A DNA stretch of 63,778 nt, filler included, from Choristocarpus tenellus KU-1152 (Eukaryota > Protista > Phaeophyceae): NCBI GenBank assembly GCA_964200185.2. It is 9 parts of 9 records of this genome, joined end to end, with 100 filler letters (N's around TTAATTAATTAA, not from the genome) between each part and the next. Parts side by side here need not be neighbours in the genome. Positions count along the whole stretch, not along the records: positions 3,580 to 22,212 come from CAXNAD020000529.1; positions 22,313 to 25,834 come from CAXNAD020019472.1; 7 more parts are not named here. The stretch is one strand, 5' to 3'. Of the stretch, positions 12,901-24,806 are shown piece after piece. Each line of letters opens with the position of its first letter. The first letter of the stretch is position 1. Below the pieces are notes generated by a model. That model was not told the DNA's origin. It made no database searches and was given only the letters and a program-made list of their open reading frames with translations. The position numbers and the translations under genes were made by a program.

Positions 12901-14365
12901 GGGTTTTTAATGATATTATACCAATCTCCAAAATGTTTTGTAGTGGATAAGATGTATAGGTTATGAAAAGGTGCGTCCGTAACAAGGATACTAGCATCTC
13001 CCAACATAGATGATAGCCAAAATTAGGTAAAAATTGCGACATTGGATTTTGGTCCCCAAACGGACACGACCCTACCCTCTCTAATGCTTTGATTCTAACC
13101 GTACCCTCCCTTTCCCATAGGACCTTGGTGATGTGTGACAATGTCAATGACATCCTATACCAAGGATTTGGTGCTAGTTCATTATACCAGGGTTTCTCTT
13201 CGTTACCCTTCATAGATACGCTGATTTCTTTCTCTCTTTTTTTCTTTTCGGGTTTCTTCCTTTTTTTCTTTCGTAGTACTCATATTTGATTTTATATTTA
13301 TTCAAGCATTGTCTATTTTTTCTTTCCTTTGACTACCTTTTGGACACAAAAGTCTGGGACCCCTTCGATCAATGTGACGTCTGGGAAGGATGACCAATTT
13401 AATAGGAGCAGGTGGTGCAAAAGATTCCATCATGTGTCAGTTCTTTCATTGGAGGGACACCTCCATCTTCAATTTTCAGCTATTGTCCAGACTTGTGTTC
13501 CAGAGCAAGAATTTAGCATATTAACCATTCAGTCAAAGGCCTAGGCACTCTGTGAGAGTTTGCTCTATCCTACACTGAAAAGACCACAACAAACTATGGA
13601 CTTGAATCTTCAGTTCACAGGCACCACAAACTGGCTCAAGTCTTCACCCCTAATCGTTTAAAATAATATACAATTTCCTCTCCTTTTACCTTCCTATCGC
13701 CCCTCCTTTCTAACAATCATTGTCTACCACAATCTTTAGCGGGTCTGGATCGCGAACCACCAAGGGCAAGAGGTCTCCACGAGGAAGACTTTGTAGGGGG
13801 GCTTTGTGGGGATGGGGGTAAAGCTGGGCCTTTGCGCCTCGAGCCTGGCAATAATGGAGCCGTCAGGTAAGGGAAGGACAGACCCTGATGCTGTTGGAGG
13901 GCCCGAGCTGCATAAAGAAACTATTCTGTACTATAAACCTATTTCTACATTGAAATTGGAGTATCAAGAAATCGAGACTGATTTTCTCAAAGAAATGTAT
14001 GTCATTCTGACATGGATGGGATACTGTTGTCCGAATTGTTGGACTTTGCTTGCATTGCTGAATATCAAGCAGCAAATTTTATGGTTAAAGTGGTCTCTGA
14101 AGTCTACCCAGGACCGTCTCTACTGCTGAGTGTGTCTTTGTGTGGAACACACAAGAGCCTTTACTGCCTGCTTGTGTCCATGTCACAACAAATAAATAAT
14201 ATTACTATGAGTGGATGCGCACAAATTTTGTGTGTCAACTTCTTGTGCCGGCAATATTTCCTACTCCAGATGAACAAATGAACCCCTAATGCCTTGCCTA
14301 ACCGATGCATTTCACGCAGGATCTTCAAGCCAGGCTTCTTTGATAAACAACTGGCCAGCAACTGA
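3922..14365 (+). CDS. TRAF-type zinc-finger + ALK/LTK-like glycine-rich domain protein (5'-partial, 12 exons, ~473 aa visible)
   Basis: Phase-compatible GT-AG exons: 3922-4007, 4302-4412, 4910-5045, 5341-5517, 6143-6289, 6556-6659, 7209-7296, 7942-8061, 8354-8505, 8805-8932, 13740-13866, 14320-14365. It has repeated H-x4-C-x2-R-x3-C-x3/4-C fingers (HESELCAKRMLPCELGC, HEESECPRRLVPCKQRC, HEHELCPHRLLHCTWEGC). These are followed by FTVPGSYLYKVP..LKIQAWGAGGG..EVIVGGGG..LVVAGGGGGGG..GFFGGGGGG..GGGGGGSSFI..GNNGAVRIFKPGFF. The exon 7/8 junction has an alternative reading. Confidence 0.88.
11330..12660 (+). mobile_element. Degenerate RTE-clade LINE RT fragment inside the large intron, split by a MITE
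   Basis: Before the MITE: GLQQTCVLALTLFSVFFAVVL..SVLDADDVGIVSKTRGGLARMM (YADD region)..YLGDIIS. After it: LYGCVAWT..RLLSTGTVACM..GELARG..LQDDLEKFG. Stops and frameshifts are present. Confidence 0.8.
11910..12168 (+). mobile_element. MITE family A (~260 bp)
   Basis: TIRs GAGCAAAAGTATCTTAGAGGGTA / TACCATCTAAGATACTTTCACTC with tta/tta flanks. Homologous to four other copies in the window. Confidence 0.9.
12836..13095 (-). mobile_element. MITE family A
   Basis: Diverged reverse-complement copy with taac/taac flanks. Confidence 0.88.
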
Positions 14366-14904
14366 AGAAGGAACTGTTCATGATATCGGAATACATTTCC
14401 AGCAGGCCATATCATCATTGGATCATTGAAGGGTTGATGAGTGAAAACCCCGCCCAACATAGCACTCAACCGAATACTGCAATGGTAGTGATTATTTTTG
14501 AGTATGCTTCCACTCTCATTATTTTCTAGGTTGCACATTAACTTATAGCTCTAAGCATTCGTAGCTTGCCACTGTTCGGCATGCACCATTCAATCCAGTA
14601 TCCCACGCCCAGGCTTGCCTTTGCATGAGAAATAAAAGGTTACTTGTATCAAAATCTCTTGTGTACACCTCAAAAAAATTTACAACTTCATATTGCTCTT
14701 TGGCAATTGCCTAAATCATGCTCAACGGCGAGAAAGATGTACAACGAATCATATAGATAGGGCATCCCATGGCAGTACACACACAATTCAAGCTCTCAAG
14801 TCAAGCACTCTTTAATGCAAGCACTACACTGTGCATCAGATGGACACAGAGTCGTGATTGGATAAGAGCTACACTCTGTGTAGTGTGTAGAAGAACCTGT
14901 GTTA

Positions 14905-15080
14905 GGTTCAAAGTATCTGCGGTGGGGGGGTCTACACCAGAGTGTCCATTCGCACCCTGACCAGGAAAAGTGCATTTACCTTACATGTATCCGACTCATG
15001 CAACCAAACCACCCAAAAATGCGACATAAAAAAATGGGCCCAGAATGGACGGCCGCCACCCACCCCTGATTCTTTTATCC
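14905..15080 (-). mobile_element. MITE family B (~170 bp)
   Basis: ggttcaaagtatctgcggtggggggg...ggaaaagtgcatttac...gaatggacggccg is the reverse complement of 33758-33930. Confidence 0.8.
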
Positions 15081-18000
15081 CATATAAATTATAGACACAT
15101 GACGTTCTGACTACACATGTAGCTTGGACTATGTTTTCATTCAAAACATTGGCGGTAGTCCGAACTAACCTCAGTCGTGAACAGATCAAACGTACATTAT
15201 CATTCATAGACATCAGATGTTAATGAGTGTACACACAGCAGATTTGGTTCGACTAAAATAGCATTGCTCAAAAGAATTGTACAGGAGTCACCATCCTTCC
15301 CCCTGTTTTCCCATGCTTCCTTGCTCTCAAATTTCAAGAGATCTGAACCAAGATAGTACATACCTACAGTGGCACTCTTGGCCTTCTCCAAAGACTCAGA
15401 GGTCCTAACAGAGCATTTCCCTTCAATATTTTAATCTTGGCAAACATGCCACCATTCCTAAACCTGATGACATACCTCAGCACCAGAGAACCCGATGATC
15501 TACATCAGCATCACTGGATTGTGAGAGCAAGGCCTATGTAGCATCCGTCAAGTGATCACCACAATTTCCCAGGTTATATCAGAAAACTCTATTGGAAGCA
15601 CATCGGCAGCGCAGTGCATAGCATTATCCCTTCCTATTTTTGTAAATGACAGTCACGGCGAGAGGGCAAGCTACCCTGACTCAGACTTCCAGTTCCCTTC
15701 ACCTTTGCCGTAGTGCCTCCAATATAAAAGGTGGACTGTTTAGAACACACTAAGCATACCCATACACTGGTCATTTTCTCCTTCTTTTTCTCATGCATCG
15801 CAACTCCGATATTTTGGTTCTCTAAGAACCGTGGTGGTGCGCAAAATACCATTTGCAGGTTATGCCTGTATGATCTGCTAATACTGTACCTATTGCAACA
15901 TACACGTGCATGCCCCGAAGACCCCCCACTAAGGATTTCCGATTCGGGCCACACAGATTGACTCTGAACTATAGTGACGATCAAAGATGTAAGGTCTACG
16001 CAGTAGAGTCCTCTTCCCACTTCAATACTGCTGCTACTATATACAGTTTTATCTGTATGCATACAAATATTGGCCTAAACTCTACGGTACATATCACATG
16101 TGGAAATGTATTCCACATACTCTAGGTGTGTAGTCTGCAGTCCACAATCGTTGACCACTACTACGGTCTCAGCCAACTGTGTGTGCGTGTGCGTGCGCGT
16201 GCGCGTGTGTGTTTCGTCCAAGATTTCCTTCGATAAACTTAGTTGTTTCTAGAACACTACTGGCAATCCTGAAGAACTGTCCCAAGTATTCTCTAGGTAT
16301 TCCAGATCAACCTTGAACTATGTGCAGCTGCATACACGTAGCGCTGCCTTTCAAATGAATGTGTAGGGGTTATTCTGCGGACCAGGAACCAAGCAATGCC
16401 CAAGCACATACAAAATAAGAAACAATCGGAGATTCTTATAACTTACAAAAAAACACAACTAGTGATGGTGACGTAAAATCTGAATATGAAGGTTTTCCTG
16501 TATTGCTGTTTTGAGCATTATCTCTCCCCAACCATTACTATATATCGGGAATATATCGACATAGAAGACAGCTTGAACACGTCAACTTCAACCTATAATC
16601 AATTTATTTATTATCAATCAATAACCTGTAATATATGAATCATCATCCTGAATACTTTCCGTTACATACTATTGTAATCCATAAGTTTTCTTCACAATCA
16701 CCTCTCCAACCTGTCGTTTACTCACCCTGTCCTCTTCATTTTTTCATTAGTTGTACTGGTACTGACTGCACAATACAGTACGATAACCACCAGGAACAGG
16801 ATAACATAAAACCTTTGCTCGCTCTATGAATGACATCCGTAAGGAGAAAGACGTAGTGCAATGGAGCAACTAGCTAATGTAATAATACTTTGATTGTACG
16901 CTCAGCGTAAGGTAGCTCACTCCTCATGTAGGTATTCACAAATAACCTCGCATGCACATGTTGCTGACCTTGCCTTCAGCAGTTAGTTGACTGTGTAGTC
17001 TTTTCTGATGGTACAGAAAGGAGGAAAAATCGACAATAACGTCAATTTACAAAATCTGCACAGAGGTTTCCCTCGTCTGTTGTGTTCGTTTATGATCTAG
17101 CTTACTCCTTCTGAAAAAGAGACCAATTTCACTGTGGGTTTGATAATAAATTGTACCATGAATATGTAAAGTTTCCTAAAAAACACAGGCATGCTGGTGT
17201 AGAACTATAAAATGACCACGTAACAAAATATCAACCACAAAATATCGAAATATACTATATTGTATACATTTCGATCCCTGATCCTCCCCTACAGGTTAAA
17301 AAAACATGTGAATAGAAGTAAGCAATGCTGAACGGAAGGTGGAGACATAGATTCATCAGGTGAGGGTAATCTCTGCAAGCGAGGAACTCACCTTTTCCCA
17401 AGAAGTGTAGTTGAGACTTTAGTATAAGAAGAGTTCTCGCGATTAGGCCTTCTTTCTTTGTGGATGATGGTACGCGAGGGCGCAAAGTAACGCCCTTCTC
17501 CCCACTCTCTTTCGTTGTCGTGTCATAGTCTCCCCCAAGACACAAGATCAACATCGTCTTCAGCATGTCAGTGGATGCAGATTATCATGATGGCGAAGAC
17601 AGACACTTCCTTGTCACACTTTATAGCCGCCTTAGCACACATAGTTTCGCTGTTCCCTGTACTACCCAACTTTTAGAATCGACTTAAGACTGACTCCACA
17701 CATACGCAGTTTTTGTCTCTTGGTACCTGTGAGATATTGAGGATCATGACTATATCTATCAAAATTGTTTGTTGTGTAATCCATCAACTAGTATGAAGTA
17801 CTAACATAAATTCTATTTTAGTAACGAACAATATATATAGTATGGAACCTGTTGTGGAGTACCATTCCTCAAGGAATCTTTACTATTTAGGGATTAGGTA
17901 TTGTGGTACCCACACCATGGCACCCTCGGTGGACGTTCTTTGTGATTCAGGGAGATCAAGAACGGAAGTCACATTCTTGCGTCGAGGGCGAATGGAATGT

Positions 18001-19151
18001 CGAGATTTGACAACCAGCTACACAATATAGTTGTTCGCTTCTCAGTTTCATCTGAAGAGAAAGACAGCCGAAGACAGAAAACGGGCAGAGAAACTTTGTT
18101 TCGGGTTGAAGTACGGCACACGCCACCCTTCAGGGGCAGAATGAGGGTGAGCCCTAACTCAGGACGTGGACGAAGAACTATACAATCTTTTTTTGAGGTT
18201 TATGGCTGACACTGTTAAATCGATAACTCAAACTATGGAGTAGAGGAGATTATGGTGGTAGGTTGGCAGCAACTTATAGATTCCACGAGACAGGTGTTGT
18301 ATGGTTGGTCCAGAGGGAACTTGATTTCTCACTAAATTCACCGCCAGGTATTCACCACTAACGTTGAGTGGTTCTACTATCAGTTGTCAGTTCTGTTTGT
18401 CTTACAATTAATGTCGCTGAATGTTGCATTTGCATTCTCAATTATTCAACTAATTAATACAAAGATTGTATAAGAATATAGTGTGTGGTGGTGAGTCGTA
18501 GAATGCTTGAATTGTGTCAATCTTCTGAACGTCATACACAGATGACGTCGAGCCGCTGTCAATGTCAATCCAATATTGATCATCTTCTTCTTCTATCATC
18601 TCCGTATAAGATATCAGATTATTTATTATATGCCTGCTCTATTTATTGTCTTTCCTCAAGATCGAAAAACGCCAAATTTAATGGTTCCGGTCAATCTCTT
18701 GGTTCACCAGAAGGAATTTACCGTACAAAGAATCCAAAACATTTCTTTAAAGATTCGCTATTCTAGATTTATCCTTAGGGATTAGCAAAAGATTACCCTA
18801 CCTGTATCGAATTTCAGCTCTCCCCAAACACTTTCTTTAAGCTCACCAAAAAAAAGGTTCTCTCGGGCAGCAGGTTCATAGAGGGGTTGCCTCAAAGTCA
18901 TCATGGTAAATCAAGGAGGATAATAACCCAGTGACACACGACAAAGGATAGGAAGAGGAGAACAGGAATTTGGAGGGTTTGCTCGGACAGACGGAGTTGG
19001 GATTCCAGTTGAACACCTACACTTTGAAGTACTCCAGAGATACTGAGTGACAGGCTGGGAGTGTGTGGGTTCAAGGGGTCCTGCGGTTAAACTCTGGGTG
19101 GTTGCCGGGATTCATCCTTCATCCAACGGAAGGGTGCCCAAGGCAGGGTTT

Positions 19152-22100
19152 ATGGCTCTTCCACCACTGAAGGATGTACTCCTCTCAGTCAATTACGTGC
19201 TCCCAACTGAGGGTGGACAAACCCAGGTGAATGGGCATGGAGGAGATACTTCGGTTCGAGGTCGACCAGGCGGGGGTTTGCGTAATGATGGCATTAGTCA
19301 GGTACATCAACATTCCTCTGGGGGAAGATCGGATAGTATACAGGATGGGCAGGATGGCAATCTTGTAAGAAGGCGCCGGAATGAATATGACCAAGTATCA
19401 GATGACTGGGATTCTGCTCCGGGAACTCCCCAGTCCACAGCTTCCTCCTTCATGGCCTTATCAGACGGGGGCGAGAAGGTCTCCTTGGGTGGTTCAACAC
19501 AGGGCTCAACTGTGGGTGGAACGCAGTCATGGGAGAATGTAAGTGATGGTGGATCGTCTTCGACATGGTCGGAGCTGCGAGGGATAAGATATAGTGAGCA
19601 GGTTGGACCAGCGGTGGCGGGAAAACACGTGTATGACACGATCAAACGCCCTCGCATCGAGCAGTTCAACCTCCAAACTCAGGGTGGAGGTGCAGGAGAT
19701 GGTACGGGTTACCCCCCTCGCCCACCTATTATGACACTTGCTAACCAGACGCGTCCAACGTCTCACTTGACGGACGAGTGGCGAGCCGTTCAGAAGGTTG
19801 GACCCAAGTTGGGTTTTGATTCACTTGAAGAAATCAGTGTAGAGGACAAGCGACGTGCGTCAAATTTCAAAGCAGGGCGTGTGCTGGGCGTGGATAACGT
19901 GTTGGAGCTTCAGAATCAAGCTAGCAGTCGGAGGAGATGGTCTACAAACTCAGGCGCCAAGGGTAAGGGGGTTAAAATGCTAGGTGTGCGTGACGTCGCC
20001 GTGCTGGATCGTGAAACATCTGGCCTGCGCCGCCACAAACAAAACCACCTTCCAGATGGATTGAAGGGCCTTGTGAAAGCGGCGCAGATGGTTGTCCGTG
20101 GTGGGAATGGAGGAGGGCTTGAGACGCCGAGTATTTTCAACAGCGCCGCGGGAAGCCTGGAGAGCGCGCACACACAACCGACTGATACACTCAGTAGCGT
20201 CGATAATCGGAGTGATAGGTTCTCTGTGAATGCAAGGACTGAGCACAATGGGGACGGCATCGGAGGGGGTAGTCAGTACCGAGAGCAGATGCATCTCCAA
20301 GATAACGTTGTCGATAGGAGGGGAGCGGCGGAGGTTGGTCGTGGGAGCCGAGACGGCGAATGGTCCCACATCCAGGGACGTGGCCCTGAAGAGAAATCGT
20401 CGATGGGTCAAGAATACTTACGCCATGTTGCAATGAAGTCTGGCGATGATATGGAAGTCGACACAACCCCAGCCCTTGCCCCTGCCCACCACCCAACGTC
20501 CTTCGATGGTTCAACGTCTCCACCACCTTTGGTGTCTGCAATGGGGGTTGTCCAAGATATGCACCAAGCTCCTACTGCCTTTGGCCCAGTTGCCTCCGCC
20601 AGTTCTTGGTCCCATGGTGTTAATCGCCGAACTGGTAATCGCCGGTCCTCACCGTCAGTTGCAGTTGCAGAAAGCAAAGGTGCAGAACCTACTGAAAATG
20701 AAGCGATGATGGAGGCCATAGGGCCAGGGCACTGGCGGGGTGCTGAGAGTCAGCAGAGGCATGCCTTCTTATACCCTCCTTCGTACATGGCACCTTCAGT
20801 GCAGATGCCTTCTGCATCGGCAGCTTCTACAGCTGCCGCAACAGTTGCACCCGCAATAACAGTGCACTCCGCACACTCAGGCCCTCAGGAGTGGCCGCGA
20901 CACGCAGAATTGGCGGGGGGAACTCCTAAGCCATTGGCCCGGCAGGGAGTGGGAATGGTTCCTAACCACTATAGCCAACACCTTGCAGAGGCCAAGCAGG
21001 ATATCCGTCATGTTAGACCTGGGGCAAGGGAAATGTCCTCCTCTGCCTCATATGATGCACCACAGAGAGGGGCAGAATTCAAGGTGTTAGCACCTGAAGC
21101 CAAGCCAGATGGGGGCTCTGGATGTAATGATGAGGATGAGGAGAATGGACCAACACCCATGGATGAGAGCGGACCTATGGAAGATGCGACATCCTCGTCC
21201 CACAACAAAGACTATCAGGCACTCTATGATCTAATCCCCATTATCAATCCTGCTGATGTTGACTGCAATGCAAATGGAAGTGGCACCATGGGTGGTGATG
21301 CTGGTGTGACCAAAAAAGAGAAAAATCGGAAAGGTAGTGGGGCTGGGGGTGCGGGAAAGCAAGTAAGGCGCAGGAACACAATATCAGCAAGGGGTGCACC
21401 CCCCTCTCAGATTCCAGGGCAGTCACAGGTCCAGGGCACCATTTCAAGTGCACCATATGTGCCAGCAGGGGCGCAGTCATCAGCTGGGGGACCTCCGGCG
21501 ACACCTGTTGGGGCTGGGGCACAGAGTGCAATGTCAAAGAAGCAGCAAGAGGTGGCAACACGCCCACGGGAAAAGGGAAGGTTTGTTACCCGTCCCCCTG
21601 CCTTTTTGACATATGCTGAGATTAAAGCTAAGGGATCATCTGCAGTACCGGGTGCTAGCAGTGAATCAAGCAAGGGGGCAGCCATGACGGTGGAGGATGG
21701 GGAGGAGGATGCAGAATCGGAGCGACCAGAGACCCCTGTGCTGGCTACTGGGAAGGATGCAGGTTGGCCTGCAGCAGGGGGAGGGAAGGAAGGGAAGGAG
21801 ACCACATCATCGACATCTGGTTCACTTCCTGCCCCTAGCCATGAAAGCTCGTCCTGGCATGCCAGTAGTGGGGCTGGTATGCAGTCCTCGCCAGCGGAGG
21901 GGTCATTGGGGAGTGGGGGGGGAAGGTCTGTTGGCTTTGGTTTGGGTTCTCAAGGGGGGCAATGTGCGAGTTCTGGAGGAGGACCAACACCAATGCGATC
22001 TCGAGATACTGGGAAGATGTGGAAGGGTGAGTGGGGGGGTGGGGGTGGGGAGTGCAGCAGCAGTGAGCAGCGTAAGAAAGGACCGCAAAAGGCGTCAAGC

Positions 22101-22212
22101 GTAATCTGGAACGATGATGGGCAAGGTGAAGATATGGACTCTGGGGCTGCAGGGGAGGTTGGTGGTGGTAGGTTGGGCGCTTTTGGGGGGGTTTCCCCGA
22201 CACCAATGTTGA
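19152..22212 (+). CDS. Large intrinsically disordered putative nuclear regulator with a partial CCT motif (3'-truncated by the linker)
   Basis: Stop-free ORF of more than 3 kb, with the first in-frame ATG at 19152 (MALPPLKDVLL). Gly/Ser/Ala-rich, with a basic NLS-like segment KKEKNRK..VRRRNT. The segment SKKQQEVATRPREKGRFVTR at ~21531-21593 matches the CCT C-terminal RPRxKGRF. Confidence 0.85.
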
Positions 22213-22312
22213 NNNNNNNNNNNNNNNNNNNNNNNNNNNNNNNNNNNNNNNNNNNNTTAATTAATTAANNNNNNNNNNNNNNNNNNNNNNNNNNNNNNNN
22301 NNNNNNNNNNNN

Positions 22313-23330
22313 ATGATTAGATCACCATGACCAGCGATGCAAAAGGAATTTTGGCTGGCAGTGACTACCCTTTCGTTTCCAACGCAAGGCTTGTAATTTG
22401 TCATGTGAGTTATCATATTAGTTACGTGACATGAAGCCGTACTGTCCAAAATCCATTCTTCTCTCTCGCGGCCAACCCCAACACTTGACACCAAACATTC
22501 GTTTGCCCCACACTTGGCTGGAGCATTGCTGCTCGGAGAGTCTTCAGTGGCGACCAGTAGTGCGTATCGCTCGTCGCCGCAGCTGGTGGTTCTTTCCACA
22601 GTAATGTGGGAAGGGTCGCATACGTCGGATGGATAATGTATGTTCACTTTTCCTAGTTATGGTACAAATGGACACCCAGCTGTTGGTTGACCTCTCCCCC
22701 CCCTCCAGATACTTTGGGTTTGAAGACAAGAAGGTGCAGAGCCTCACACGATCTTTATTGCTGAATATGTTTACATGGTTGAAAAGAAGAGAGATGTTGT
22801 GGAGTGTCTTCTTATTGCTTTTAATTATTATTCATGCCTCTCAGATGTAAGTCAGCAGTTATGTTAGGGAATTTTAATTGCAACACCAATCCCCAAACAC
22901 ATAATTCCAGATGTAACATCTCATTAGTTACATCACATGGACTCAATCCAATGCTATAATCTCAAACACATAAAATAGGGTACACCCTACGATTGTATTA
23001 TTTTGTACAGTTTTGGCTGGACCGAAAAGATAAAGTCTGTCCAATTGCCTCAGCAAGCAGTTCCCTACCCTCTTCAGTAGGACACTGGAATGCCCATGGC
23101 AATACGACTGCATAATTAATATCAACATCAGTGGAGAAAGGAACGAAAGATGGGATATTTTTTAGCAAGAACTTCATCATCACCTGCCTTGAAATCATGT
23201 TCGACATCCCTGTGCACGGGGTCGATCATACACAGTGCGTGTTTCTCGAGGAGAGATACACCAGTCTTCTACTTTTTTCAGCTCACATTGCGGTAAAGAG
23301 TGGATTTGGTGAGAAGACATGTTGACGTAT
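22313..23330 (-). mobile_element. Degenerate Ty1/copia gag-protease fragment
   Basis: EEWILDSTASCHVTNM..VVTASQNSFCIAGHGDL is the copia aspartic protease motif (WILDSGASxH..V..A....G.G). The upstream extent is approximate. Confidence 0.8.
22613..22720 (+). mobile_element. MITE family B, 5'-truncated, nested in the copia relic
   Basis: gcatacgtcggatggataatgtatgttcacttttcc..caaatggacaccc..ccccccctccagatactttggg aligns with 33830-33930. Confidence 0.75.
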
Positions 23331-24806
23331 TATCCAGTAGTGGTTAGGGTAGCAAGATCGGTGTATGCACGTGATGTGATTGCTTTGTGGCCTTAGGGTT
23401 AGGAAAGTGAATCCGATTATTTAGCCGAAGCCCCGGGTTTACAACACGGTTAGTAGAGCTAGTTGTCAGTTAAGTTTGAATAAGCATTGTACAAAGTTGT
23501 GGACGAGTTGAAGTATGGTGTTAGGTTTGGTGAATGCAGGAAGGTTAGTATGGTGAGTGTTGGTTACGAATAGAGAATATTAAGTGGCCGTTGAAAAGGG
23601 AAGGTGTCGCAGGCATGCATTGTTGAAGTGCTTGGAAACTTGTTCGAAAGGAACGAAAAGAGGGGACTATAAATGTAATATTTTGGCAGTGCTTGCACAT
23701 TGGCTTTTGTACACTTTACTTTAGTCAGGTAAACAAAAACCTCAAGTATCATATCTCATGTGAACTGACGCATCTGACTGCTCCACATAAATCTAACACC
23801 ACTGTGACAAGGCATAATCTTTCAGATCCAAACCACATGAGCACAGGAATTGGAGACCATCCGAATACAGTTAGACCCTAACGGAACAAAACTGAAATGA
23901 CCCGTACTACAAGCTCAATCAGAAACGATGAAGGCTCTCCAACTCATAGGCTGTTAAAAAATAGACTACTCATTCGATTTGTTTTGATACGATACAGCAT
24001 CGTCAGCTAACACTGAATGCTGATTCGTCCATTGTACTCGTTCCCATTCCCATCATTAGTTCACATCACACTTTAATCAACCACTGTAAGTACGTCACAG
24101 TGGATAGAAAACATAGGAAGGGTCGCTGCCCATCATACACAATACTATGATTGATATTAGTTATGTTGATATGGATTCAAGTTTGCCTTCTTGTTTCTTC
24201 TTTGTTTTTACTTCCTCATCTCCATGGCGCAAGGTATCAGTTGCATACAATATGTTGATTCTTATTTTTACTTGACTGACATTGCCCCATCGTAAGCCAT
24301 CCATCACTCTGCAACACGTGTAAGACACACACCGGTATGCAATATAGACAGAGTTAAAACCATCCTTCAAAACCCTTCTCTGCCAAGGCGACAACCTTCT
24401 TCACAGAGGAAGAATTTCTTCATTTGAATGTCTCAATGAATGACCACACAGTTTCTATCAATCACTGTCTGCTTGAGGAATATATGCCACAGACATACCA
24501 GTACCCATCTCACTTCAACCAAAGTCTGATTGAGTAAGAAATCCCTTCAGACGCATCAAACCAAACCCGCAGGTGTCTTGTTGCACTATGACACACACTT
24601 GCCTCTAACCGTGATAATCACAGCACAACCAAACATACCTTCACATCGAACACTGTCTGACTGAATAAAACATGTCATCCGACCTCTACCAGAACAAATT
24701 CATCAGTGTTTTGGTGCGCTATGATCCCCTTTGTCACAAATGAGACACATCACTACAACACACAACTCATACGAAATCAGGTTTCAACATGGGCATGTTG
24801 GTATCG

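Noticed and set aside
19047-19151. GTG start given in the ORF track for the 1073-aa ORF
   Set aside because: Eukaryotic context makes the ATG at 19152, or an upstream spliced exon, more plausible.
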